Shown here in pieces: positions 18,192 to 29,209 of a stretch of 64,000 bases of DNA. The stretch is from Clostridia bacterium (lineage in GTDB: Bacteria; Bacillota; Clostridia; TANB77; CAG-508). Position 1 is the stretch's first letter; each line of letters starts with the position of its first letter. The notes under the pieces were generated by a model that was not told the origin of the DNA, ran no database searches, and saw nothing but the letters and a program-made list of their open reading frames with translations. The stretch spans positions 7,283-71,282 of the forward strand of contig JAFXMI010000022.1 in the NCBI GenBank assembly GCA_017530505.1, in the 5' to 3' direction. A program made the position numbers and the translations under genes.

Positions 18192-18541
18192 GCTGCTGTC
18201 CAAGGGAAACCCGCTGCTGCTTGCGGATATACTCCAAGACCATGATCTGTATAATATGGTTCCATACCTGCTTTTTTTATTTCTTCAATTGAAATTCCTT
18301 CAGTTAATTGATTAACAATACTTCCAACCATTTCCAAATGAGCTAATTCTTCAGTTCCAACATCATTTAGTATTGCTTTTGATTTGTTATCTGGCATTCC
18401 AAATCTTTGTGATAAATATCTTAGTGAAGCTCCAAGTTCTCCATCCGGTCCACCATATTGTGAAATAATAACTTTTGCCATCTCTGGATTACGATTCTTT
18501 ATTTTAACAGGATATTGCATTGTTCTATTATAAATCCACAT
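18192..18541 (-). CDS. cotJC: cotJC 5' segment (N-terminal ~116 codons), running into element-derived sequence and a stop at 18161
   Basis: MWIYNRTMQYPVKIKNRNPEMAKVIISQYGGPDGELGASLRYLSQRF...GTEELAHLEM...GFPWTAAT matches the CotJC/Mn-catalase N-terminal half. After the junction the ORF reads DVVIQRRY*. Confidence 0.85.
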
Positions 18542-18543
18542 AA

Positions 18544-18813
18544 CTACATACCTCCTCTTTCCCATGGCCAAGGATTATTAACCCAATTATCCCAACTATT
18601 TACTGGCGTATAAATTGATAAAGGACCATATTGTGCTTGATACATGTTTTTCAAGTTTTCAAGTTGCACACTATACTGACTATGTGCATTTAATGCTCTC
18701 ATATCACATGGATGAGTATCTAAATATAAAGCAAGATCATTTACCATAAACATTAAAGCTCTTATCTGTTCTAACATTTCATTACAATTCATATTATCTT
18801 GGTTCATAAGCAC
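18544..18813 (-). CDS. cotJB: Spore coat protein CotJB
   Basis: LEQIRALMFMVNDLALYLDTHPCDMRAL...WPWE is typical of CotJB. Its stop overlaps the cotJC start. Confidence 0.85.
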   Translation of the reverse strand: MLMNQDNMNCNEMLEQIRALMFMVNDLALYLDTHPCDMRALNAHSQYSVQLENLKNMYQAQYGPLSIYTPVNSWDNWVNNPWPWERGGM

Positions 18814-19009
18814 AACTCCTTTCTTTATAATCCTTTAAAAACCTTATCGCTTCCATAGACTCTAGTGGTCTATATTGATTATATAGTTCTGGAAACGCTG
18901 TTCCTTTTTCTAAACTTTCTTCCGGAAAATATATTTTCTTCATTACTTGAATTGGAACATAAGCATGCCCAAACATAGGATTAGAAGAAAAAAATTTATT
19001 ATCTTGCAT
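18794..19009 (-). CDS. cotJA: Spore coat-associated protein CotJA
   Basis: GHAYVPIQVMKKIYFPEESLEKGTAFPELY is typical of CotJA. Start at M12 with RBS AAGGAGGAA. Confidence 0.8.
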   Translation of the reverse strand: MQDNKFFSSNPMFGHAYVPIQVMKKIYFPEESLEKGTAFPELYNQYRPLESMEAIRFLKDYKERSCAYEPR

Positions 19010-19148
19010 AATTAATTCCTCCTTAATAAAAATAATATGCAATAATAATAAATTATGTTAACATCTTTCTTATAAAATTAATGAAATACATAGTTCAAAA
19101 ATCTTTTTCTATAATATAAACTCTAATATTGTAAAAAAGCTTTTAATC

Positions 19149-19544
19149 TTATAAATGAAATTGATATGGAAGGAGCTCTTCCATTGTGTATTCTTCAACT
19201 TTATTATCAAAAGCAGTATAAATCTTGAAGTCTTTTTCTACAAACTGACTCATAAATTGTCTACAATAACCACAAGGTAAACACTTTTCTAAATTACTTG
19301 AATCTTTTTTACCTCCTATAACAAGTATACTATCAAATTCCTTCTCTCCTTCTGAAATTGCTTTTGAGAAAGCAACTCTTTCTCCACAAATTGATTGTAT
19401 CCCATCATTTTCAATATTACAACCAGAATATTTTTTGCCATTTTTACAATTTAAGACAACACCAATACTATATCTAGAACATTCACATCTTGAATTACTT
19501 CTAGCTAATTTTGCTATAATTAAATCTTCTTTTATATCTATCAT
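19149..19544 (-). CDS. cdd: Cytidine deaminase
   Basis: Zinc-ligand motifs CGERVAF and CLPCGYCRQF; 131 aa. Confidence 0.85.
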   Translation of the reverse strand: MIDIKEDLIIAKLARSNSRCECSRYSIGVVLNCKNGKKYSGCNIENDGIQSICGERVAFSKAISEGEKEFDSILVIGGKKDSSNLEKCLPCGYCRQFMSQFVEKDFKIYTAFDNKVEEYTMEELLPYQFHL

Positions 19545-19626
19545 AATAGCTTTGTATGATATATTTAATTTCTTAAATATACTATACTCTCCTTTCTTTA
19601 TTTAATTAGTTCTACATTTTTTACAT

Positions 19627-20355
19627 TTATTTTTTTAATCCTTTTTTATCTTTTTTAAACTTTATTAAAAAATTATTCAAATATCCTTTATCATACTTTA
19701 TAGAAATATAACCTATAATTGTAGCAACTAATGCTCCAATACTATCTACTATTAAATCAATTACGGTATCTTTTAAAGCATCTCTTCCAATTAGCTTTAT
19801 TCCAGATTCAAAAGCATACTTCTGCATATTTGTTTTTAATACTCCATCACAAATAAATTCATATATTTCCCAAATTGTACCTAAAGCGAGTGAAAAACAA
19901 AATGCAAAAAAAGCAACAAAAAATGGATTTAATTGAACATGTTCATCTTCATTATTTAAAATATCTACAAAAGAAAATCCAATAAAACCTATCATACCAC
20001 CACTAATCGTATGCAAAAATAAATCCCAATATTTAAATCTATAATAAAAGTTTTGAACTTCACCTAAAAATATAGCAGCCCATAAGAATATTAAATATAA
20101 GTAAAAGACTAAATTAGGTATTTCTAATTTAAACTTTTTACTTATAATACTTGGAAGTCCCATTGCAAAGATTCCTAATAAACATTGAATAAGCATTAAT
20201 ATATAGTCACTTCTTACTCTTCCATCTATATTATTTGGAATAACTAAATTTGACGTAGTAACTATTTTATAAAATAAATATCCAATTGGGATAATGAAAC
20301 TGTAAAAAACAAATCTAGAAATTATTTTTTTCCAATCTCGTTTTCTTTCCTTCAT
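19627..20355 (-). CDS. Polytopic membrane protein of unknown function
   Basis: 242 aa with about 6 TM segments. Family not recognised with confidence. Confidence 0.5.
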   Translation of the reverse strand: MKERKRDWKKIISRFVFYSFIIPIGYLFYKIVTTSNLVIPNNIDGRVRSDYILMLIQCLLGIFAMGLPSIISKKFKLEIPNLVFYLYLIFLWAAIFLGEVQNFYYRFKYWDLFLHTISGGMIGFIGFSFVDILNNEDEHVQLNPFFVAFFAFCFSLALGTIWEIYEFICDGVLKTNMQKYAFESGIKLIGRDALKDTVIDLIVDSIGALVATIIGYISIKYDKGYLNNFLIKFKKDKKGLKK

Positions 20356-20456
20356 ATAATTTCACCCTTATTCCTTGTAACTAAAAAATTTAATACCTGC
20401 ATTTCATAGTATTTTATAAATTAAAATTTTTATTTAGAATATTATTTTTCAAAAAG

Positions 20457-22376
20457 TTAAGTTGATTTAATAAACTTCTTGCCTCTACTCTTTATTTTAA
20501 TTAAAAAATCTTTTTTATTTTTTCCTCTAAAATCTAAAATCGTATTTAACATAGAATTAATACTCATTCCGTATTTTTCTTCTATTTCTTTTTGACTTCC
20601 ATGCTTTATAAACTCATCAGGGTATGCAAATTTTATAAATTTAACATTTTTCAAACAATTTTCTACAATTATATTTTCTACCTCTGTTCCAAGTCCACCT
20701 TTTTCTGTACCATCTTCCATAGTAATAACAAATTTTGTTTTATTTATTGAATCTAAAATTGTTTGTTTATCAATTGGTTTTAAAAATCTAATATTTATTA
20801 CTTCAGCAAAAATCCTATTTTCTTCGAGTCTTTTAGCAATCTCATAAGCTTTATAAACCATCTTACCAATTGCAAAAATACTTATTTCCTTTCCAATTTT
20901 TATAGTTTCTGCTTTTCCAATACTAATATCTGCACAATCCTTAAAACAATACTCTTCTGTTCCTCTTGGATATCTAATTAAAACTGGTTTTTTAAGATTT
21001 ATAGCAAATTCCATCATTTTTTCAAGTTCGTTATAATCTTTTGGAGCCATAATATTTAAATTAGGAATTGTATTTGAAAAAGCCATATCTAAAAGTCCTT
21101 GATGTGTTTCTCCGTCATTTCCAACTATCCCACTCCTATCAGCTATCATTATAACTGGTAATTTTTGTATAGCCACATCATGAATTATTTGATCATAGGC
21201 TCTTTGTAAAAATGAAGAATATATTGGAACTACTGGAATTAATCCTTCCTTAGCAAATCCAGCAGCCATAGCTATTGCATGTTGTTCAGCGATTCCTACA
21301 TCAAAAAATCTTTTAGGGTATTTTTTTGCAAATTCTGTAAGACCTGTACCATCAGTCATTGCAGCAGTTATTGCTACAATGTCTTTATTATATTTCGCAA
21401 GTTCAACTAGCTTATTTCCCATTGTTTTTGAGTAATCTGCTTTACTAACACCAATTTTTTCTCCATCTTCAATATTAAATTTTGATGTACTATGAAATTT
21501 ATCTGGATTATCTTCAGCTGGTTTATACCCTTTACCTTTTTTAGTTAATACATGAATTAAAATTGGTCCTTCTTGTTCTTTAGAAATTCTTAATATTTCT
21601 TCTAATTTTTCAATATCATGACCATCTACTGGTCCTAAATACCTAAATCCAATATCTTCAAAATACATTTTAGGAATAACTAATTGTTTAATTCCTCTTT
21701 TTGTTTTTTGAACTAATTTAACTATTTTTTTTCCAACAATTGGAACTCTTAAGATTTTTGCTTTAACTCTTTTATTACTTTTAATATAAAATTCTCTTGT
21801 TCTAAGCTTTGATAACATTATAGAAATTCCACCAACATTTTTTGAAATGCTCATTTCATTATCATTTAAAATAACAATCATATTTGTTAATGAACTTCCT
21901 GTATCATTTAATGCTTCTAATGCCATCCCCCCAGTTAAAGCACCATCTCCAATTATAGCTATTACTTTATTATTTTCACCTCTAATATCTCTAGTTCTTG
22001 CCATACCTAATGCTACAGATATTGAAGTACTACTATGTCCTGTATTAAAACAATCATATTCACTTTCAGATGTTTTTGGAAATCCCGCTAATCCATCTAA
22101 TTGCCTTAAAGTAGAAAACTTTTCTTTTCTACCAGTTAAAATTTTATGTACATAAGTTTGATGTCCTACATCCCAAACTACCCTATCTTTAGGGGTATCA
22201 AATATACTATGGATTGCGATTGTTAGTTCAACTACTCCTAAATTAGATGCTAAGTGGCCACCAGTATTTGAAACAGTTTTTATAATAAATTCTCTAATTT
22301 CTTTTGCAAAAATTATTTTTTCATCAATATTTAGTTTTTTTAAATCTGTAGGATAGTTTATCTTTTCTAAAATCAT
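20457..22376 (-). CDS. dxs: 1-deoxy-D-xylulose-5-phosphate synthase
   Basis: GGHLASNLGVVELT, GHSSTSIS and GDGALTGGMALEALN TPP-binding motifs. 639 aa with a short Lys-rich C-terminal tail. Confidence 0.92.
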   Translation of the reverse strand: MILEKINYPTDLKKLNIDEKIIFAKEIREFIIKTVSNTGGHLASNLGVVELTIAIHSIFDTPKDRVVWDVGHQTYVHKILTGRKEKFSTLRQLDGLAGFPKTSESEYDCFNTGHSSTSISVALGMARTRDIRGENNKVIAIIGDGALTGGMALEALNDTGSSLTNMIVILNDNEMSISKNVGGISIMLSKLRTREFYIKSNKRVKAKILRVPIVGKKIVKLVQKTKRGIKQLVIPKMYFEDIGFRYLGPVDGHDIEKLEEILRISKEQEGPILIHVLTKKGKGYKPAEDNPDKFHSTSKFNIEDGEKIGVSKADYSKTMGNKLVELAKYNKDIVAITAAMTDGTGLTEFAKKYPKRFFDVGIAEQHAIAMAAGFAKEGLIPVVPIYSSFLQRAYDQIIHDVAIQKLPVIMIADRSGIVGNDGETHQGLLDMAFSNTIPNLNIMAPKDYNELEKMMEFAINLKKPVLIRYPRGTEEYCFKDCADISIGKAETIKIGKEISIFAIGKMVYKAYEIAKRLEENRIFAEVINIRFLKPIDKQTILDSINKTKFVITMEDGTEKGGLGTEVENIIVENCLKNVKFIKFAYPDEFIKHGSQKEIEEKYGMSINSMLNTILDFRGKNKKDFLIKIKSRGKKFIKST

Positions 22377-22614
22377 TAAATACTCCTTATAATTATTTAC
22401 TATTTAATATATTTTATGTTTTATTAATTTTTACTATTATTATAATTATTTTAAACATAAATACTAATTTTCTTAAAAACTATATATTATAATAGAAAAA
22501 AGCTTCGAATTGAGGCTTTTTCTTTTGATAAATATAATTTTAAAACGATTATTAAAAATTATATAATTTACTATATATTATAATTTTCAATCTATAATAA
22601 ATAGTTTATATTTT

Positions 22615-23586
22615 TTATTTCATTAGATAATTTGGATGTTCTAAATACCAATCTATAGTTTTTACAATTCCATCTTCAAATTTTGTCTTTGGAAGCCAGC
22701 CAAGTTCATTATGAATCTTAGTAGGGTCAATTGCATACCTATAATCATGTCCTTTTCTATCTTCAACAAAGGAAATTAAAGTTTCAGGTTTATTTAATCT
22801 CTTCAATATCAATTTAACAATTTCAATATTTCTCATTTCATTGTGTCCACCAATATTATATCTTTCTCCTTTTCTTCCATTATGTAATACTAAATCAATA
22901 GCCTCACAATGATCCTCAACATATAGCCAATCTCTAATATTTAGTCCTTTACCATAAACTGGTAATTTTTCATCTTTTAATGCAATAGAAATCATGTGTG
23001 GAATTAGTTTTTCATGATGCTGATATGGTCCATAATTATTTGAACAATTTGTTACACAAACATTCATTTTATATGTTTCATAATATGCAAAAGCAATTAA
23101 ATCTGAACTAGCTTTAGAAGCAGAATATGGACTATTTGGCTTAATTGGAGATTTTTCTGTAAAATATCCTTCTTCTCCTAAACTTCCAAATACTTCATCA
23201 GTTGAAACATGAACAAATCTATTTTCACTTCCCTCACCCCAATATTGTTTGGCAACTTCTAATAAAGTATGTGTTCCAATAACATTTGTATGTGTAAATA
23301 TAAACGGATTTTTTATACTATTATCAACATGTGATTCTGCAGCAAAATGAACAACAGCATCTATATTATATTTCTTAAAAGTTTCTAATACAAAATTAAA
23401 ATCACAAATATCTCCATTAACAAAAACAATTTTATCCTTTATTTGATCTAAATTATGAATATTCCCAGCATAAGTTAATTTATCAAAAACAATAATGTTA
23501 TATTTTTCATCATATTTTTTTACCATTAATTCTGCAAAATTTGATCCTATAAATCCAGCTGCACCTGTTACTAGTATATTTTTCAT
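22615..23586 (-). CDS. rfbB: dTDP-glucose 4,6-dehydratase
   Basis: TGAAGFIGSNF Rossmann motif, YSASKASSD catalytic motif, 323 aa. Confidence 0.9.
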   Translation of the reverse strand: MKNILVTGAAGFIGSNFAELMVKKYDEKYNIIVFDKLTYAGNIHNLDQIKDKIVFVNGDICDFNFVLETFKKYNIDAVVHFAAESHVDNSIKNPFIFTHTNVIGTHTLLEVAKQYWGEGSENRFVHVSTDEVFGSLGEEGYFTEKSPIKPNSPYSASKASSDLIAFAYYETYKMNVCVTNCSNNYGPYQHHEKLIPHMISIALKDEKLPVYGKGLNIRDWLYVEDHCEAIDLVLHNGRKGERYNIGGHNEMRNIEIVKLILKRLNKPETLISFVEDRKGHDYRYAIDPTKIHNELGWLPKTKFEDGIVKTIDWYLEHPNYLMK

Positions 23587-23673
23587 TTTATCCTCTCCTC
23601 TAGTTTGATTTATAACCTTTTCCTTTCAAACTGAAAGTTCTATGCAATGCACAAATATAAATCAAACTCATTT

Positions 23674-24255
23674 TTATATATTTTTAAATAAATCTGTATT
23701 TTTTAGTTCTTCAAGTGTAGGCCATAATCCATCTTTTTCAGAAGTTAAATATTCTTCAGGTTTCATTCCAGGTACTTCTGGCCAAACAATTCCAATTTGA
23801 GAATCATTCCATTTTAATCCACCTTCTGCTGAATGATTATAAATATCATCACATTTATATGCAAATTCTGCTTCATCAGATAAAACTAAAAATCCATGTG
23901 CAAATCCCTTTGGAATAAAAAACATTTTTTTATTTTCTTCAGAAATTATTACACTTTCCCATTTTCCATACGTACTGCTTCCTGGTCTTAAATCAACTGC
24001 TACATCAAAAACTTCTCCTTTAATACATCTTACAAGTTTTGCTTGAGTGTTTTCTTTTTGAAAATGTAATCCTCTTAATACTCCTTTTTTGGATTTTGAT
24101 TGATTATCTTGTACAAAATCACAAGTAATTCCAATTTCTGCAAAATCATTTTTACTATATGTTTCCATAAAGTATCCTCTATTATCGCCAAAAACAGTAG
24201 GTTCAATTATACATACTCCATCAATACTTGTATTTATTCTTTTAAATTTTCCCAT
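23674..24255 (-). CDS. rfbC: dTDP-4-dehydrorhamnose 3,5-epimerase
   Basis: FGDNRGYFMETY...RGLHFQ...KLVRCIKGEVFDVAVDLR cupin motifs. Confidence 0.9.
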   Translation of the reverse strand: MGKFKRINTSIDGVCIIEPTVFGDNRGYFMETYSKNDFAEIGITCDFVQDNQSKSKKGVLRGLHFQKENTQAKLVRCIKGEVFDVAVDLRPGSSTYGKWESVIISEENKKMFFIPKGFAHGFLVLSDEAEFAYKCDDIYNHSAEGGLKWNDSQIGIVWPEVPGMKPEEYLTSEKDGLWPTLEELKNTDLFKNI

Positions 24256-24262
24256 TTTTATC

Positions 24263-24996
24263 TTAATTCCTTTCTTTAAAATAATTAATTACTTTTTCTA
24301 AACCACTACTAGATAATATCAAAAAAATTGGATATAAGCAATAAATATACCTTGATTTAATCTCCCAAATTAAATAAAAGGAAAAAAATCCAACTATTAT
24401 ATATAAGAATAAATCTCTAACATTATTTTTTTCATTATTATCATCTTTTATAATTAAATCTATTAATGAAAATAATATTATTATAAAATATTCACCTTTC
24501 ATTAAATAGTCTAAGCTATTTCTAAATTTTGAATTTTCATAATCATATAATTACTTTGTAATTATAGTATCATAATCAAAATGTTCTTTCCAGCCTATAC
24601 CAAAAGCATATCTTTCAACTTGATATGTTCCTTCTGTCCATAACCAATATTCCTTTTTAGCTATCAATTTTATTAATCTAGTTGATCCTAATTCTAAAAC
24701 TCTATTTTTAACATCTTTAAAAGTCCAATTTGATGAATGTGAACCATCTTGGAACCCAAATTCAGGTTCATTTATTCCCATTTGTATATAAGACCAAACA
24801 CTAACAAATATAATAAACATGTAATAATCATAATACAAATTGTATCATTATATATTTGATTTGTATATAAAAAAGTTGATAAATGTAAAGTACCAAAAAT
24901 AATTATACTTGTATTCTTATTTTCTATACTACAAATTTTGTACATATAGTATAATGTTACTATAAAACAAACAATATTAAAAATTTTAAAAGACAT
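24263..24996 (-). pseudogene. Decayed remnant of a polytopic membrane glycosyltransferase-like gene
   Basis: Three short ORFs in different frames with hydrophobic content. There is an in-frame TAA at about 24548 (..ITK*LYDYENSKF..) and a frame change near 24800. No CGG is involved and no plausible N-terminus is present. Confidence 0.55.
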
Positions 24997-25157
24997 TATA
25001 CTATAAACTGTTATTCTAAAAATTAAATTAAGTATTATTGTAATTGGTAAATTATTATTACAGCTTTGTAAGTATCTAATATTCTCCTTAAAATCACTAA
25101 GTGCAATTTTAGTAATCTCTGCACTTGTTTATCCTTCTTTTAAAAACAATTAATCTC

Positions 25158-26069
25158 CTATTTAAACAAATCGCTATTATATATTTCTTTATATGTATTC
25201 CAATCTTGATCAGCAATTTTCTTTAAATACTGTCCATATTCTGTCTTTTTGTATTTTTCAGCATATTCTTCCAATATGTCTTTTGAAATCCATTCATTTC
25301 TATAAGCTATTTCTTCTAGACAAGCGATTTGAATACCTTGTCTTAACTCAATTGCTTTAACAAAATCAGAAGCATCAGATAATCTATCAGGAGATCCTGT
25401 ATCAAACCAAGCATATCCATTTCCAAGAGGAATAACTTGTAATTTTCCCATTTCCATATATGCCTTATTTACATCTGTAATTTCTAATTCTCCTCTATTA
25501 GAAGGCTTAATCTGTTTAGCAATTTCTACAACTTGATTATCGTAAAAATAAACTCCAGGAACAGCTAAATTAGATTTTGGAACAGTAGGTTTTTCTTCTA
25601 TTGAAATTGCTTTTCCTGTTTTATCAATTTCAACAACACCATAAGACGTAGGATCAGCAACTTGATAACCAAATATAATTCCACCTTCTTTTAGTTTACT
25701 TGCAGCTCTTAAAACTCTTTCCATTCTAGAGCCATAAAACATATTATCACCTAAAATTAAACAAACATTACTATCTCCAATAAATTCTTCGCCTAAAATA
25801 AAGGCATCTGCAAGTCCAACCGGTTTTTCTTGAATTTTATATTCAAATTTCATACCAAATTCTGAACCATCTCCTAGTAAACTTTGAAAAGCTGGCAAAT
25901 GTACCGGTGTAGAAATTATTAAAACTTCTCTAATTCCTGCCATCATTAATGCTGATAATGGATAGTAAATCATTGGCTTATCATAAACCGGTAACATTTG
26001 CTTTGAAACAGCTAATGTAATTGGGTAAAGTCTAGTAGCACTTCCACCTGCTAAAATAATTCCTTTCAT
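25158..26069 (-). CDS. rfbA: Glucose-1-phosphate thymidylyltransferase
   Basis: [18 protein letters not shown]...; start at M16 of the track ORF, overlapping the rfbD stop (TAATG). Confidence 0.92.
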   Translation of the reverse strand: MKGIILAGGSATRLYPITLAVSKQMLPVYDKPMIYYPLSALMMAGIREVLIISTPVHLPAFQSLLGDGSEFGMKFEYKIQEKPVGLADAFILGEEFIGDSNVCLILGDNMFYGSRMERVLRAASKLKEGGIIFGYQVADPTSYGVVEIDKTGKAISIEEKPTVPKSNLAVPGVYFYDNQVVEIAKQIKPSNRGELEITDVNKAYMEMGKLQVIPLGNGYAWFDTGSPDRLSDASDFVKAIELRQGIQIACLEEIAYRNEWISKDILEEYAEKYKKTEYGQYLKKIADQDWNTYKEIYNSDLFK

Positions 26070-26930
26070 TATTTTATTTCCTCCTTTAAATAATCTTTTA
26101 AAGCATCTTCCCATTTCATAGGATAAATACCTATTGAATGTAATTTTTCTTTAGATAATTGACTATTCTTTGGTCTGTCTGATGAAGCTGGATTCATTTT
26201 TTTATATTCTTCCGAGGTTACAGGGTTAACTTTAGTTGTTTTTCCAGCTAATTCCATAATTTTTACAGTAAAATCATACCATGTAGTAAAACCTTCATTT
26301 GTTGAGTGGTATACACCATATTCTGGTTCTTTTTCCATTATTTTTTCAATTATTTCACAAAGTGTTGTTGTACTAGTAGGGCTTCCATGTTGATCGCAAA
26401 CAACACTTAATGTATCATGATTTTCAGAAAGAGCAAGCATAGTTTTTACAAAGTTTTTTCCCCCTAATCCATATAGCCAAGCTGTTCTTAAAATATAATA
26501 TTTTTCTGCCTTTGCAGCATTTTTCTCTCCTAGTAATTTTGTTTTACCATATGCAGTAACTGGATCCTTTTCCATATCTTCTGTATATGCTTTTTCTACA
26601 TCTAATTTTCCATCAAATACATAATCTGTACTAATATGTATTAAAGTAGCATCAACCTCTTTTGCACTATCTGCAATATTTTCTAGAGCTATTCCATTAA
26701 CTCTATTAGCCAAATCAAAATTTACCTCACAACCATCAACATTTGTATATGCTGCACAATTAATAATATACTCTGGCTTTTTTTTATTTACTGTTGCAAA
26801 AACTGATTCTCTATCACATATATCTAATATTTGTGAAGTTGTCCCGAGTTACATCGTAGTTTTTTTCTAATCTTTTTAATAGTTCACTACCAAGCATACC
26901 ATCTGCTCCAATTAGTAATACTTTCTTCAT
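26069..26930 (-). CDS. rfbD: dTDP-4-dehydrorhamnose reductase; the frame moves +1 at CGG 26844-26846
   Basis: ATG at 26930 gives [28 protein letters not shown], then ACT CGG. The +1 frame gives [46 protein letters not shown], joining ORF 26069..26713. Confidence 0.88.
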
Positions 26931-27076
26931 TTAATATAATTCCTTTCTACATAACATAAACTTGTTTTTCATACAAAGCTATGCTCTATTTTTAAACTAT
27001 CGTAATTATATCACAGAAATAAAACTTAGCAAGTAATTTCACACATAAACCACAAATATAATACAAAAATTCACAT

Positions 27077-29203
27077 TTATTTCACAAACTTATAAATATA
27101 AATTCCTGAAACTTCTTTACCTTCGATTATTGTTTTATTATCTATTTTATTTTCATATATCTTTTCCATAGACAATCCATTAATCCATATTTCTTCTAAA
27201 TTGCTATATGAAACCAAATAATCTAAATCTAATTGTTTTATTCTACTTGGTGTTAAATATAGTAATATATAATCATTTGAAATTAATTCAACATAGGGCT
27301 CTTTACTATCATCAATAATTTTTACATTAATGTTAGCATATCTATTCCATATTTTTTTATATTCTTTTGCTTTATCTCCTAATATTAATTTCCAAAGCTC
27401 GTCTTGAGGATAAGTTTGAGTAGCATTTAAAGTTTTTGCTCCCTGCCCTGCTAAATAATTTGATACAACAAATCCAGTATCTTCTGTTATCCATATTTTA
27501 TTTGGACTTTTTGTAACTTCTTTTTGAACAAATTTTGCAAAATCTGTTTCCAACATTGGCTTTATTCCAATTGAAATTGGATTAACTGTAAGACCAGAAA
27601 TAATAGTAAAAACTACTGCAAAAATCATAAATATTTTTTCATATTTTTTATTTCCAAGATTAAATAATAAAAATCCTCCTATGCATTCAAATATAGCAAA
27701 AATATATAAATATTTCTTTGTATTTAATTCATTAGGAAATGGAATAAAAATTAATAAAGCCAAAAAAAATAATACAATATATGCACAAATAGATTGCTTT
27801 ATAATTCTTTCTTTTACATGTTCAAAAAGATACAATGTAATATATATTGAACCAAGTCCAATTGATACAGCGCATCTTTGTACTGGAACCATTTGTAAAA
27901 AAGTTATCTTTGAAATAATATTTGGTAAACCAGATAAACAAAAAATAGATTCAAAAACTAATATTAGAAGTATTGGCAATAGAAACTCTATATGGTTTTC
28001 TTTTTTATAAAGATATATTATCGCTATTATAATTGGAAAGGGATAAAATGATAAAAAATTTGCAACTTCTTTTACATCAAAATTTTGCTTAAAAGGAAGT
28101 AAATATGAATATAAATAACTAAATAAATATTTTATTCCTTCTTTTCCACCAGTTTCAATTCTTGCTCCCGGATATGCAGATTTTATAATACTTTTTATCG
28201 CTGTGTTACATGTTAAATAAAAATACAAACCAAATAAACTACAAATTATAAATATACTAATAAAACATATAATATCAATTTTTTCAAATTTATAAACTTT
28301 TCTATTTTTTAATATAACCCATATTGCTAAGCTTAAAAAAATATATCCAAAGCTTATTATCCAAGCTGGGTACAAAGTTAAAATATATGAAATAACAGAA
28401 TATGAAAATAAAACAGACCAAATTATTTTACTTTTCTTATTTTTAGATTGCATAAATTTATCAATACAAATAATTGCAAGTTGTCCAAATATTATAAACT
28501 GAACTGACATCCACCAATTTACAAAAGATGAACATGATATTAATATTGTACCACATAATGATAAATACTTATTTTCATTTGTTAAAATCCTTAAAAATTC
28601 ATAAGTTACTAAAATAGTTAAAATTATTTTTAAATTCCATGCAAAACTTAATGCCATTCTAGAACTTAAAAATAAATAACCAATATTGTAAATTCTGAAA
28701 AGAGTAATCAATGTTAATGTTGGAGAATGAATACTAATATTCATATCTGTTTTAGTTTTTCCATTTATATTTGAAAAATGATTGATTCCTGTTTCTTTTT
28801 GTAAAATTGCAAATGGTGTTTCTATACCATATTCATCTGAATTAATAAACCTAACGTTTCCTAAAATAACATTGTTCTTTTCATTCTCTAAAATCCAAGA
28901 AGTAACTGCTCCATTAGATGAACCACTTATTCCAAACACAGTAAATAACGCTAATATGATTAGCGCTATAATATATCTTTTCTTTATTATATAATCCCAT
29001 AATTTTTTAATTCCTATAATAATATTTAAACCAATAAATTCTACAATTAAAAATACAAACACTATTCTTTCAAAATATAAGGTATTTTTGTATATACCTA
29101 TTTTTTTACAAACAATTACATAAGCTAATGCAAAAATAAGCGATAAAAATGACCAAATAATTATACTTGTTTTTTTGTTTAATTCTTTCATTTGTTTCTC
29201 CAT
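27077..29203 (-). CDS. Large polytopic membrane protein with a C-terminal extracytoplasmic domain; possible GT-C-type glycosyltransferase linked to the rfb cluster
   Basis: 708 aa with more than 12 TM segments then a ~170-aa soluble tail. Function inferred only from architecture and neighbourhood. Confidence 0.5.
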   Translation of the reverse strand: MEKQMKELNKKTSIIIWSFLSLIFALAYVIVCKKIGIYKNTLYFERIVFVFLIVEFIGLNIIIGIKKLWDYIIKKRYIIALIILALFTVFGISGSSNGAVTSWILENEKNNVILGNVRFINSDEYGIETPFAILQKETGINHFSNINGKTKTDMNISIHSPTLTLITLFRIYNIGYLFLSSRMALSFAWNLKIILTILVTYEFLRILTNENKYLSLCGTILISCSSFVNWWMSVQFIIFGQLAIICIDKFMQSKNKKSKIIWSVLFSYSVISYILTLYPAWIISFGYIFLSLAIWVILKNRKVYKFEKIDIICFISIFIICSLFGLYFYLTCNTAIKSIIKSAYPGARIETGGKEGIKYLFSYLYSYLLPFKQNFDVKEVANFLSFYPFPIIIAIIYLYKKENHIEFLLPILLILVFESIFCLSGLPNIISKITFLQMVPVQRCAVSIGLGSIYITLYLFEHVKERIIKQSICAYIVLFFLALLIFIPFPNELNTKKYLYIFAIFECIGGFLLFNLGNKKYEKIFMIFAVVFTIISGLTVNPISIGIKPMLETDFAKFVQKEVTKSPNKIWITEDTGFVVSNYLAGQGAKTLNATQTYPQDELWKLILGDKAKEYKKIWNRYANINVKIIDDSKEPYVELISNDYILLYLTPSRIKQLDLDYLVSYSNLEEIWINGLSMEKIYENKIDNKTIIEGKEVSGIYIYKFVK

Positions 29204-29209
29204 TTACAA

